The notes: generated by a model not told the origin, from the sequence alone. 64,000 bases of DNA from Camelus dromedarius (GCF_036321535.1 NC_087437.1:12588001-12652000); one strand, 5' to 3'. Positions 25,508 through 38,775 are shown, counted from the first letter of the stretch. Made by a program: numbers and translations.

Positions 25508-25970
25508 GATCAGTCAAGGTTGTTTGATTATAAGGAACAGAAACCGACTTGGCCAACTTAAGCCAAGAAGAATTAATTAGAAACCCCTTGGGGGCTCCAA
25601 GAATAGACTGGAGGCTGGAGAACCAGGTTTGGAAAAGATCTGGAACCGAGTGGCCCTGGGAGGCTGGAAGGAGGTCTCCTGGTGGAGAGTTTGGCCAGAA
25701 AGCCGCAGTTAGGAAGACTGAACCCCAGTCACTTGTCTTCCAGATTCTCAGTCCCAGGCGGGAGTTCCCATCGGCAGAACTCGGGACCTGCACCTGACTG
25801 TCCAGAGGAAAAAGTGGGGTGATGGGGCTCCTTATCCTCTGTACTAAACGAGCAGGCAGATACCTGTTTTCCATCCTCTCAGAATTATATGCAGTGGGGT
25901 AGAGGGAATTCCTCCAAAGGAAATTAGGGTAGTGGTAAGAGAAACAAGACACTAAGAACTGCCCCCCAAG
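25508..25970. mobile_element. Old MaLR LTR relic
   Basis: 'tcagtcaaggtt...aaggaacagaaaccgacttggccaacttaagc...aagaattaatt' is an old MLT1 terminus. Confidence 0.55.
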
Positions 25971-26499
25971 CTGCCCAGTGTCCCCTTCAGGGTGCAGTCA
26001 AAAGTCTCCTATTTCTGCTGTCAGATAAGAAATGCTGTTCAGTTCAGTTGGGTCTTGACTCATGGAAGAATGACTCAAGACAGGTGAAATTTGGCCAGAT
26101 TACAAAATTCGATGTGATGAAGCTTTGCGGCTGTGTGTGCAGACACCGCTCAAAAAGTCATCAGCCTTTGCTCCCCTGTGCCCATGGGCAAAATGGCATT
26201 TCTCTGAGCGTGTCTGCAAATAAACTGCGTGGCACGAGTACCTGCCATTTCTGCAGTGCTTCCTGAAATGGGCTAAACCCAAACGTGCATCTGAGAAGTC
26301 AAAACGGGGCTTCCCATCCATTTACTGGCACCATCCGTACACCTCTGTGAGCCGTGTATTATCGTCCCTGTTTGCAGTTGAGGATCAGAGGCGAGGAAAG
26401 CTAAGTGGTTTGCTCACATAGTCGGTGCTGGTGACAGGTCTGAATCCTGAGCTGTGCAGCTGTTTCTCGTTAATTCAAGAGGCTGACGTTCACCTAACA

Positions 26500-26720
26500 A
26501 GTGGGTCCCATGCGCAGGCAGTTCTGCACCCCTCCCCAGAAACACTGATGACATCTGGAGATATGTTTGGTTATTACACCTGGGGCGGTGTTATTGGCTT
26601 CTGGCGGGTTGAAGCCAGGAATGCTGTTAAACATCTTACCACTCACAGGATGCATGGACAAGCCCCACAAATGAATTATCTGGCCCCAAATGTCAGTCAT
26701 GCCAAGGCTGAGAAACTCTG
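26500..26720. mobile_element. MER20 hAT-Charlie element
   Basis: 'tctggagatatgtttggtt...tggcttctggcgggttgaagccaggaatgctgttaaacatcttac...aatgaattatctggccccaaatgtcagtcatgccaaggctgagaaactctg'. Confidence 0.88.
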
Positions 26721-27464
26721 GTATGTACCCACAGGGACACGTGTTGGTGATCACACATGGGGCTCTGGGTCTGAACGTGCATGTGCAAGTGGATAGCTCT
26801 TAGAAGGTGCAGCTCACTGACAGTAGGAATCAGCTATAATGTTTTCTTAATTTTGAACGTAAATACGAGCTTCCAGAAAGAGATTTTGCCCAAACTCCCC
26901 CAAGCTTCTACTGTCCCCTGACACACCTCTTCCAAAGGGACAAAGGTCAGTGGTTCTGCCCAGGCAGTAAAACTGATTAAAATCCTGTGCTTTGGGCTGG
27001 GCCATCCAGGAGTCTCAATATCTCTGCGGGGAGGGGGCAGCCTGGCATATCCCCTCCCTCTGGGCAGTGGCTATTTTCACAAAGCAAGACTGGAATTGGC
27101 CAAAGGGATCATGGTTGTCCTGTAATCAGGTTATGTTGCTATATCCGACCGTTGGCCATCTGTGGCCCAATGGGGAACTGTTAAGCCAGCAGCACTGACC
27201 TAAGTGAGACAGACGACAGCAATGATCCTTGGAACGACGGGTTGACCAGAAAGACCACGTAATAGTCCTGCTAATGGGGGTAGCAGATGAGCAGTTTTTA
27301 TAGGAATGGGATTTGTCTGCCCCCCACAAAGGTGAGGGAGATTAGAAGTGCGAACTTAATCTCCATAGAGTGTATCCCACGATCTGCAAAGAAGGGCAAG
27401 AACCAAGCCTATAGCAGACAGACACTGGGGACTGCCAGAGGCTTGGCTTTATATTTCAGAAGCC

Positions 27465-27865
27465 CTTGCAATCCCCTTCCTGGGCACTTTTTTAAAGAAA
27501 AAATTAAAAATGTATGCAATGATAATGTACAAAGATGTTCATTGCAGCATTATCTATGTTAGCATAAAACAGGCAATAACATAAAGGACTAACAAGAAAA
27601 GAATGGCTGGGTAAATTAATTCACGCCCACGGAAAGGAATATTATGCTGCCTCTGAAAACAGTTTTTTTTGTGACATGAGGAAAGATCCACAATGTTGTT
27701 TAAAGGAAAACCAAGATCAGAAAATTTAGATATTCTGTGATCGGTATTAAAAAAAAATCTGTAAAAAGGAGCAGAAAAAATAAATCAAAATATTAACCCC
27801 AATATTTTCTTCTTTGTGGATCTCATTATTTTCCAAATTGTCTGCAGTGAGCCTACGTTGCTATT
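27465..27865 (+). mobile_element. Old L1ME-like fragment
   Basis: 'gcaatccccttcctgggca...tgtacaaagatgttcattgcagcattat...gaatggctgggtaaatta...ggaatattatgctgcc'. Confidence 0.65.
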
Positions 27866-28779
27866 TTTTCAAAGGTACCCTTTTTTTATCTTTCAGAAGA
27901 AAGTAGCTTTTTCTCTTTATTAAGGTTCTTATATTGCATGGAGACTCTAGGAAACTAGTTGCCCAAAACCTAGTTCACCAGCTGTCTTTATCGGAAACCA
28001 GTCGTTACCTAGAAGATTAAGTAGGTTAGTGATCTGGTGCCTCGTGCGCCTGGTCGCACTCGCGCCGTGCTTAGCTGGACATCAAAGAGCTCGCCTCCTC
28101 CTCGCCCGCTGCTGGTCAGTTGCACAGCCGCCCAGCTAGAATTTGGAAAACAGAGGAAATTAGTTGCCTGGCTTATCTGACATGATTATCCCCATAGTGC
28201 TGCTCAGTAAGTATACATTTCGGGCAATGTCTCCAAGGGGCTGCTCCCTCCCCTGAGCATTTCCAAATGCCTTTCTTTTTGGCCTCTCTCTGGAGTATTT
28301 AGATTTGTGTTTCAAGCTGAACGAGAGCTGACGGCAGAGTCTCTGGCTGTCATAGTTGTACTGAGTTCACCTGAGCTGTTGGTTCGAGAGCTAGAGGGTA
28401 AGAGCTTAGGGAGTCCTGTTCTGGTCTCTGTACGTCTCCCAGCGGGCATTCCTCTGCACCTCCCTCTTAAAGAAGAGGGAGGGATGGCTCTTCTGAACTG
28501 CAAGGAAGCTTTCTTTTGTCTGCTTTGTCCCCGTCACTTCTAAAGATGCCTGTTTATACAGTAGGCATCGCTCCGGTAAATGGTGAAGATGGGGAAGCGG
28601 GGCAGCCCCGAGATCAGGGCTTTTGGGATCCGGCAGAATGCCCCTCTGCCCCCCACACCTCTAGCACAGCTCCGACACGGGTAGCTGTGAGCCGCAGACC
28701 AAGTGCCTGTCTCCTCTACCCAGCTCTCAGCCTCCCCTTCCAGAGCCTCATCAGCAACAAAGACCTGTCCAGGGCCCTC

Positions 28780-29385
28780 AGTGCCCCAGCACTACTGTGT
28801 GTGCTGGCGATAGTATGTGAAGAATTCCTGCAATCCCTGCCCTCCAGGAGTTTACAGTCTAGCTGGGAAGGAAGATAATAAAAAAGACAAATAAGGAGAC
28901 AAACTGGGAAGGGGACTAGGACTGCTGGAGGTCGGGGCTGCAAATTTTGTTGAAGTTGTCAAAGCAGGTCTCGGGAGAAGATGATGTCTGAATACAGACC
29001 GGCAGGAGGTGAAAGAGAACAGCCAGTGCAAAGGCCCTGAGGTGGGAACATTCCCCAATATATGTGAGACCAGAGAGGAAGTCAGTTGTCAAGAGGGGCA
29101 TAAACAAATGGGCATAACACAGGAGGTGGAATCAGAGAAGCCACAGAGTTTTTGTAGAGACTTGAGTTCTTACTCCAAGTTTGACAGGAGCTGTCGGGTG
29201 TTCGGGGCAGAAGAGTGACATACTTGGGTCTTAGTAGGTCCAAGGTGGTTGTTATGTTAAGACTATACTATAGGGGAGGTCAGGGCAGAGCAGAGAGAGC
29301 TGTGCAGAGGCTACAGAAGGTAAGCAGATGAGGGATGGTTGCACTCCGACAGGTGGGAGCAGTGAGGTGGAGGTGGGGGGGTGGG
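28780..29385. mobile_element. L2 fragment
   Basis: 'ccctgccctccaggagtttacagtctagctggg...gagaacagccagtgcaaaggccctgaggtggga...gcagaagagtgacat'. Confidence 0.75.
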
Positions 29386-29599
29386 AGTTTGCAGGCATCA
29401 CAGGCCTCTCCTTCCTCACAAATTCAGACCAACTGAGAAGTCGCTGCATGAATCAGAAGGAGATCAGCATGTCAGCAACCATATTCTGAGAATCTCTTTA
29501 TGGTCTGAGAACCTTCTCGGTGTCAGAGAAAAGCTTCTTTCCTTTGAAAGGAGAAAAAAAAAAAAACTACATTTTAAAAAATAGCTGAAAAAAATTTAA

Positions 29600-29890
29600 A
29601 AAGTGAAAAATAGTTGAAGCAACATAGACTCATTGCATTCAGCTTGGAAAATACTGAAATTTATAAAGAAGAAAATATAAATCACAATTAATCTCATGTC
29701 CCAGATATAAGGCCTGTTAATATTTTGATTTATTTTAGTCTGCTTTTTTTTTCTTTGCATATTGTGTGTATTCCAATTTTTCTGGCTTCCTTTTTTAGTT
29801 AAATTTAACATTGTGAATATTTCCCCACATCATTAAATCGTCTTTGAAAAGATTATTTTTAGTGGTAGCATAATGTTCCTTCCTATGGGT
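29600..29890 (-). mobile_element. Old L1ME-like fragment
   Basis: AT-rich 'aaatttaacattgtgaatatttccccacatcattaaa...tagcataatgttcc'. Confidence 0.5.
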
Positions 29891-32800
29891 ATGAATTACC
29901 TTACAGAGTAATTTGTTTGACGTGTGTGATCCCAGTGACTCATGCCCCCCTAAACCTCACCCCTGAATCGGACGAGCCTCCCTGCCCTGTCACAGGCAGC
30001 GCTGAAACCCGAAGGCCTCCTCCCAGGCAAAGCCCTCCTGAGAGCTTCCATGTCACGGAAAGCAGGCTGTGCATGCTTCTCTGTGGGAAGGCAGGGAGGT
30101 GGGCAGAGGCAGAGAAAGCCTGGAAGGGCTTGAGCCCAGAACACTAAGTGTCTTCCCTCAGACTCACCAAGACAAGTCCCCCCTCCCTGGGAAAATGAGA
30201 GGTTTCGGGGGAAGCTGAGTGTCACTGCCAAACTACCTGCTCCGAGAAACCCAGGGCCCGGGCCACTGAGGATTTAGTGAGTGATGGATGTCAAGTTCTC
30301 AGTCATGGCAAACACTCAGTAAATACCATTTTCCCCCTTCCCCTACCATTGCCAAGAAAATTCCAAATCAGTATTCACATGTGCCGTTCTAAGGGGCCAG
30401 GCTGAGTTAGTGGACAGTCATTCCTCTTAGTGCCAACCTCATGACCACCTCTACAGAGTGCAGAGTCCACTCAGGAAGTTTCTTTTGGATGTCACTTCAT
30501 TAGCCATCCTCCTCACCTTGTACCATGTGAATACATTCAAGAGAAAAAAAAGAGTTCCAAGCTGGCCAGTCTCCTGGCGACCTCAGTTGGAGTTCAATAA
30601 TTGCCTATTGATGGATGAATGGATTAAGAGATGGGTGGATTGATGAGTGGATGGAAGAAAGGAAAGAAAGAAGGACAGAGAGGGGAAGGGTGGAAGGAAG
30701 GGTAAATTAACAGTCATGGTACCTTTTGTTTTTCTTTCTCTGAAAAGACGTGAGCAGAATAGTATTTTTCACATGAGCCAGAGTCTTTTCCTCCCTTTTC
30801 TCAGGTGAAAGAAAATCCAATACAGAAATTCCTAATTTTTGTTGGAAGAAAGTAAAGAGCCACGTATGAGCTAAGTAGTATATTTATTCTGTCTGAGCTG
30901 GGGGAGGAAGATGGGTGATTTTCTAGCTTGAGTGACATAAATCTGTGCCCCTCCCCAGAAATATATTGTTATTGCTCTGATGCATTTGGCTTTTTTTTTT
31001 TAAGTGGACTATGGTTTGTGTGCAGTGGATGAAGTAATTGGAGTGAGTGCTTCTCCCTAGAGACAGAATCAATCACCGTTGTAGAAGATGGTGACATTTT
31101 AGAAAGAAACTCTGAGGAAAATGTCATGCTTAAAAAATTAGATTTAAACACACTGGCTCCAGATTGATTTTTATTACACTCAGATGGATACCCTGATTGA
31201 TTATCAGTCTTACAAATGTTTAGCACATTTCTCAGTTCTCTAATAATCAGAATAATGTAATTTTCAATGTCATTTAATGTACTCTATTCAAGGTTATAAT
31301 AGATCATATTTCTAATAAAACACAGCAATTATGTAATGAATAATACAGGAAGACCAGCATTCAGATTCCCTGGATAAGGCAGCACCAAGGGAAAGTCTTA
31401 GATAAGCCCATTCCTCTAAATATGATGCACATTCTGAGTCATTGACTGCATCACACAGGGTGCTTTTTCCCTGCTGGTGATCTGAATGGAACTTTGCCAG
31501 ACTTGACCAAAAAAAAAAAATTCTTAGGAGATAATAGCAAGGTTTGCATCCTTCTAATATATGTTATTAGTGCACCTGGAGAAAAGTGACAGGTTGCCAG
31601 GTTATTTATTGAGTTTCTCTAGTAATTGCTGCTTTCTCCCCATTTTTGATATACATCCCCTGGAGAAATACTATATTTTCATTCTAAATATTTTTCCAAT
31701 ATCCATTGAAGCAGCAGCAAATATTACAGATGTTTCAGGGCGAGCCACAGGATATCTAATTTTGAGGAGGTTTGACTCTATATTTAGAGCCTAATAATTA
31801 CCTGATTATGTTTTCTTTTTTTTTTTTTTTAAGGCCTACTCACTTCTTTAGGAAGTAAGTTGTGCTTTTGTTATTTGTAGCTTCTAACCAGTTCCAGTCA
31901 TGTGGGTGTCTGGGTTAGTGATGGTGAATCCCTCTGTTACAGCTTGTGGCTCAGTTGTGGATGGCCTGGTATGTATGATGTGCTACCAGACCTGGCCACC
32001 ATACAAGCAATAGCACTTCTGGAGTCTCCCCTTTCATGCCGTGCACTCTGGTGAGTCACCAAGCAGTCACAGGCAGAACAGAGGAGGCTGTAGAGCTGTC
32101 AGGCCTCGAGACAGTCAGACTAAAGGGAGAGGCTTTAGACAGAAGGCTCACTCCTAAAATTAGTCCTGGATATGAACCTGACAGAATGAAAACTTCTGAA
32201 GGTCCGAAGCTTCCTGAAAATCCCAGCAGAAGCAAATGGTGGGCAAATACAGGCAAGATGCACTGCACAGAGATGACGTGTCCAGTCCTGATGCAGAGTC
32301 ATCAGGATGGCAGTGAGAGGACATGCTGGAGAGAGAGAGCAGAGAGGCTGATGGCCATAGGCTTGCGTATGAGCCAATCCATCTTCCCTCCAGATGATCC
32401 AAGAACTCGGGAGAAGAATGGATGCACAGAGACAGAAGGCAAAACTTGTTAACAAAGAGTTAGAAAATATAGGGAACTACCAGAGTTGAAAAATACAGTA
32501 TCTGAAATGAATAATACACTAGAAGGAACCAAGAATAGGCTAAATGAGGCAGAAGAACAGATCAGTGAGCTGGAAGACACAGTAGTGGAAATCATTGCTG
32601 CAGAACAGAAAAAAGAAAACAGAATGAAAAGGAATGAGGACAGACTTCTGGGACAACAGCAAATGCACTAATATTCACATTATACGGGTCCCAGAAGGAG
32701 AAGAGAGAGAGAGAAAGGGCCTGAGAAAATATTTGAAGAAACAATAGCTGAAAACTTCCCTAACTTGGGAAAAGGAACAATCATGCAAGTCCAGGAAGCA

Positions 32801-33404
32801 GAGTCTCATACAGGATTAAACCTAAGAGGAACACACCAAAACACATTGTAATTAAAATGACAAAATTAAAGATAAATATTAAAATCAACAAGGGAAAAGC
32901 AACAAGTAACATACAAGGGAGCTCCCATAAGACTATCAGCTGATTTTTCAGCAGAAACCCTGCAGGCCGGGAGGGAGTGGCACAATATGTTTAAATTGAT
33001 GAAAGAGAAAAGCCTACAAGCAAGAATGCGCTACCCAGCGAGGCTGTCTTTCAGATTTGGTGGAGAAATCAAAAGTTTTACGTACAAGCAAAAACTAAAA
33101 GATTTCAGCACCTTGAAACCAGGTTTACAACAAATGCTAAAGGAACTTCTCTAGGTGGAAAAGAAAAGCCCACAGCTAGAAACAAGAAAATTACAAAATA
33201 GTAAAGGCAAGCATATAGTAAAGGTGGGAAATCATCCATACACAAATTAGTAGGAAGGTTAAAACACAAAAATAGTAAAATCATCTGTATCCACAGTAAG
33301 CAGTTGAGGGATACACAAAACAATTAGATGTAAAATATGATACCAAAAAGAATAATCATGAGGGAAGGAGAGGATAAATGCAGGGTATTTAAAATGCATT
33401 TGAA

Positions 33405-34058
33405 GAGTATTATTCAGCCATAAAAAAAAGAATGAAATAATTTTATTTGCAGCAACATGAATAGACCTAGAAATCATATTAAGTGAAGTAAGTCAGACAG
33501 AGAAAGACAAATACAATATGATGTTGCTTATATGTGGAATCTTAAAAAATAGTACAAATGAACTTATCTACAAAACAGAAACAGACTAACAGGCATAGAA
33601 AACAAATTTATGATTACCAAAAGGGAAAAGGTGAGAAGGGATAAATTAAGAGTTTGGGATTAGAAAATACAGACTTTTATATATATATACATACAATGTA
33701 TGACTGAATCACTATGCTGTACACCAGAAACTAATGCAGCATTGTAAATCAACTATACTTCAATTTTTTAAAAAAGGGAAGAAAGTATAATTGAGAGATG
33801 GATTCTAAAAAAAATACAGATTTTATTTACAAACCAGAAATAGACTTACAGACATAGAAAACAAACTGTGGTTACCGGGAGGAAAGCAGTGGGGAGGAAT
33901 AGATTAGGAGTTTGGGATTAATAGATACACATTGCTATATATAAAATAGATAAACAACAAGGACCTAGTGTGTAGCACATGGAAATATATTCAATTTCTT
34001 GTAATGAGCTATAATGGAAAAGAATCTGGAAATTTATATATATATATATGTATGTGTC

Positions 34059-34110
<52 letters not shown>

Positions 34111-34180
34111 ACTGAATCACTTGCTATGCACCTGAAACTAACATTGTAAATTGACTACAATTCAATAAAAGATAGCAATT
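33405..34180 (+). mobile_element. Nested insertion of two tandem L1 3' ends within the inter-ORF region of the long L1
   Basis: TSD AAAATGCATTTGAA at 33391-33404 and 34181-34194, the left copy preceded by TT (TT/AAAA endonuclease site). Two successive '...gagtttgggatt...actgaatcact...cattgtaaat..acta..ttcaat' 3' ends. Confidence 0.85.
34035..34110. repeat. (TA)n(TG)n(TA)n microsatellite in L1 3' UTR
   Basis: Direct reading of the sequence. Confidence 0.9.
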
Positions 34181-37100
34181 AAAATGCATTTGAAATTAAA
34201 AGATCAGCAACTTAAAGTAGTCATATATATATGTCATATATATATAATTGCTATACCAAAACCTCATTGTAACTGTACACCAAAAAATCTGTGATATACA
34301 CACAAAAAAGAAGGAATCCAAACATAACACTAAATATAGTCACCAAATCACAAGAGAAGAGAACAAAAGAAGAAAAGAGTAAAAAAGACCTAAAAAAGCA
34401 AATCCGAAACAATTAACAAAATGATGATAAGAACATACAGGTTAATAATTACCTTAACTATAAACATTAAATGCTCCAACCAAAAGACATAGACTGGCTG
34501 AATGGATACAAAAACAAGACATATATTTGCTGCCTAGAAGATACTCACTTGAGATCTAGAGACACATACAGACTGAAAGTGAGGGGATGGAGAAAGGTAT
34601 TCCATACAAATGGAAATCAAAAGAAAGCCGGAGTCACAATACTTATCTTAGACAAGATAGACTTTGAAATAAAGACTTTTACAAGAGGCAAAGAAGGATA
34701 ATGGTCAAGAGATCATAATGATCAAGAGATCAATCCAAGAAGAAGATGTAACAATTGTAAATATATATGCACCCAACATAGGAGCACTCAATATATAAGG
34801 CAACTGTTAACAGACATAAAGGGAGAAATTGACAGTAACACAATAATAGTGGAGGACTTTAACACCCCACTTACATCAGTGGACACATCATCCAGACAGA
34901 AGATCAATAAGAAAACACAGACCTTAAATGACACATTAGACCTAAATGATGTTTATGGAGCATTCCTTTCTGAAAGCAGCAGAATACACATTCAAATGCA
35001 CACGGAACATTCTCCAGGATGGATCACATGCTGGGCCACAAAGCAAGCCTCAGTAAATTTAAGAAAACTGAAATCATATCAAGTATCTTTTCCAACCACA
35101 ATGCTATGAGATTAGAAATCAACTATAAGAAAAATGCTGCAAAAAAACACAAACACATGGAAGATAAAACAATATGCTACTAAACAACCAATGGATCACT
35201 GAAGAAATCAAAGAAGAAATAAAAAGCACCTAGAGACGAATCAAAATAAAAACACAATGATCCAAAACCCATGGGACACAGCAAAAGCAGTTCTAAGAGG
35301 GAAGTTTATAGTGATACAAGCTTACCTCAGGAAATAAGAAAAATCTAAAATAAACAACCTAACCTGAACACCTAAAGCAACTAGAGAAAGAAGAACGAAC
35401 AAAATCCAAAGTTAATACAGAGAAAGAAATAAAGATCAGAGGAGAAATAAATGAAATAAAGACTTAAAAAATAGAAAAAAATCAATGAAATTAAAAGCTG
35501 ATTCTTTGAAAAGATAAACAAAATGGATAAATCTTTAGTCAGACTCATAAAGAAAAAAAAGGAGAGAGGGCCCAAATCAATAAAACCAGAAATGAAAAAG
35601 AAGTTACAACTGATATCACAGAAGTACAAAGGATCATAAGAGGTTACCATGAGCAACTATATGCTAATAAAATGGACAACCTAGAAGAAATGGACAAGTT
35701 CTTAGAAGGGTACAATCTCCCAAGACTGAACCAGGAAGAAATAGAAAATATGAATAGACCAATTACCAGTACTGAAATTAAGTCAGTAATTTAAAAACTC
35801 CCAATAAACAAAAGTCCAGGACCAGATGTTTTCACAGGTGACTTCTACCAAACAGTTTGCACCTATCCTTCTGAAACTATTACAGAAAAATTGCAGAGGA
35901 AGGAACACTTCCAAACACATTCTGTGAGGCCACCATCACCCTGATGCCAAAACCAGACAAAGTTATTCGCAAAAAAAAGAAAATTATAGGCCAATATCAG
36001 TTATGAATATAAGTGCAAAAAGCCTCAACAAAATACTAGCAAATTGACTCCAAAAATGCATTAAAAGGATCATACACCATGATCAAGTGGGATTTATCCC
36101 AGGGATGCAAGGATTTTTTAATATCCACAAGTCAATCAATGTGATACACCACATTAACAAGTTGAAGAATAAAAACCGTATGATAATTTCAATGGATGCA
36201 GAAAAAGCTTTTGATAAAATTCAACATCCATTTATGATAAAAACTCTCCAAAAAGTGGGCATAGAGGGAACATACCTCAAATAAAGGTCGTATATGACAA
36301 ACCCACAGCTAACATCACACTTAATGTTGAATAGCTGAAAGCATTTCCTGTAAGATCAGGAACAAGAGTAGGATGCTCACTCATCACTGTTATTCAACAT
36401 AGTTTTGGAAGTCCTAGCTATAGCAATCAGAAAAGAAAAAGAAATAGAGGGATTCCAAACTGGAAAAGAAGAAGAAAAACTGTTATTGTTCACAGATGAC
36501 ATGATACTATACATAGAAAACCCTAAAGAAATGATCAGAAAACTACTAGAGCTCATCAATGAATTTGGTAAAGTTGCAGAATACAAAATTAATATAGAGA
36601 AATCTGTTGCATTTCTATACGCTAATGACAAAATATCAGAAAAAGAAATTAAGGAAGCAATCCCATATGCATCGCATCAAGAACAATAATATACCTTGGA
36701 ATAAACCCACCTAAGAAGGCAAAAGACCTGCACTCCAAAAACTGTAAGATGCTGGTGAAAGAAACTGAAGACAAGACAAACAGATGGAAAGACATACTGT
36801 GTTCTTGGATTGGAAGAATCAATATTGTTCAAATGACCATACTACCCAAGGCAATATACAGATTCAGTGCAAGCCCTATCAAATTACCAATGGTATTTTT
36901 CACAGAAGTGAAAAAAAATTTTAATTTGTATGGAAATACAAAAGACCCTAAAGAGCCAAAACAATCTTGAGAAAGAAGAATGGAGCTGGAGGAATCATGC
37001 TCCCTGACTTTAGACTATACTACAAAGCTACAGTAATCAAAGAAGTATGGTACTTGCACAAAAACAGACGTACAGATTAATGGAACAGAAGAAAGTTCAC

Positions 37101-38055
37101 AAATAAACCCATGCACTTATAGTCAATTAATCTACAACAAAGGATGCAAGAATATACAATGGAGAAAAGGAAGTCTCTTCAATAAATGGTGCTGGGAAAA
37201 CTGGACAGCTGCATGCAAAAGAATGAAATTAGAACATTCTCTAACACCATATACAAAAATAAACTCAAAATGGGTTAAAGCCCTAAATATAAGACCAGAT
37301 ACTCTGTAACTCCTAGTGGAAAACACAAGCAGAACACTGAGATAAATTGCAGCAATATTTTTTTTTGCATTCTTCTCCTAGAGTATTGGAAATAAAAGCA
37401 AAAATAAATAAGTGGGACCTAATTTAACTGAAAAGCTTTTTCACAGCAAGGGAAATCATAAAATGAAAAGACAGCCTGCATAATGGGAGAAAATATTTTC
37501 AAATGATGCAACTGACAGGGATTAATTTATAAAATATACAAACAGATCATACAGCTTAATATCAAATATCAAAAAACAAACAACCCAATAAAAAATGAGC
37601 TGAAGACATAAATAGACATTTCTCCAAAGAAGACATACAAATGGCCAACAGGCATATGAAAAGGTGTTTAACATCACTCATTAATAAAGAAATGCAAATA
37701 AAAACTACAATGAGGTATCACCTCACACCAGTCAGAATAGCCATTGTCCAAAAGTCTACTAATAATAAATGCTGGAGAGGGTGTGAGGAAAAGGGAATCC
37801 TTCTACACTGTTGGTGGGAATGTAAATTGGTGTGGGCACTATGGAAAACAGAATGGAGGTTCCTTAAAAGTCAAAAAATACCATTACCATATCATCCAGC
37901 AATTCCATTCCTGGGCATATATCCAGAAAAGACAAGAACTCTAATTTGAAAAGATACACATGCACCCTAATGTTCATAGCAGTACTGTTTACAATAGCCA
38001 AGACATGGAAGCAACCTAAATGTCCATCAACAGATGACTGGATAAAGAAGATGTG

Positions 38056-38066
38056 GTGTGTGTGTG

Positions 38067-38139
<73 letters not shown>
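38056..38139. repeat. (TG)n(TA)n microsatellite expanded within L1 ORF2 end
   Basis: About 35 TA units interrupt 'atgtggt...gaatattactcag'. Confidence 0.95.
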
Positions 38140-38142
<3 letters not shown>

Positions 38143-38736
38143 GAATATTACTCAGACAAAAAAGAATGAAATAATGCCATTTCCAGCAACATGGATGGAC
38201 CTAGAGATGATCATACTAAGTGAAGTAAGTCAGACAGAGAAAGACAAATATCATATCATGGAATCTAAAAAAAAATTCAAAGGAACTTATTTACAAACCA
38301 GAAATAGACTCACAGACATGGAAACCAAACTATGTTTACCGAAGGGGAAAGGGAAGTAGGGAGGGATTAATTAGGAGTTTGGGATTAACAACTAGCTGTG
38401 AAATAGATAAACAAGGATCTACTGTGTAGCACAGGGAATTGTATTCAATATCTTGTAGTAACCTATAATGGAAAAAAAAATTTTTTAAGTATATACATAT
38501 ATATGTAAGTATGTATAACTGAACCACGTTGCTGAGCACTTGAAAGTAACACAACATTGTAAATCAACTATATGTCAATAAAAATTTTTTAAATAAATAA
38601 AATGCAAAAAAATATATATATATATATAAATAATGGTAGGTTAAGAGGCTGAGAACCTCTTTGCAGTTAAGCTACTTGGCAGTAAAAGTTGTCCACACTG
38701 TTGAAAATGGTTTCCTGGAGCCTCGAGGGAAGAGTG

Positions 38737-38739
<3 letters not shown>

Positions 38740-38773
<34 letters not shown>
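38740..38773. repeat. (GT)n microsatellite
   Basis: Direct reading of the sequence. Confidence 0.95.

Positions 38774-38775
<2 letters not shown>

Larger units (their letters stand above)
32392..38630 (+). mobile_element. Decayed near-full-length L1 (partial ORF1 ~32392-33150, ORF2 ~34421-38250, 3' UTR, A/TA tail), sense to RARB
   Basis: ORF1p coiled coil KNTVSEMNNTLEG..NRLNEAEEQISELED. Endonuclease RLKVRGWRKVFHTNGNQKKAGV and [24 protein letters not shown] and [15 protein letters not shown]-like [20 protein letters not shown]. Many stops and frameshifts. Confidence 0.97.

Noticed and set aside
34421..38250. Active or domesticated reverse transcriptase gene
   Set aside because: ORF2 is broken by many stops and frameshifts and a (TA)n expansion, and the 5' UTR is missing.
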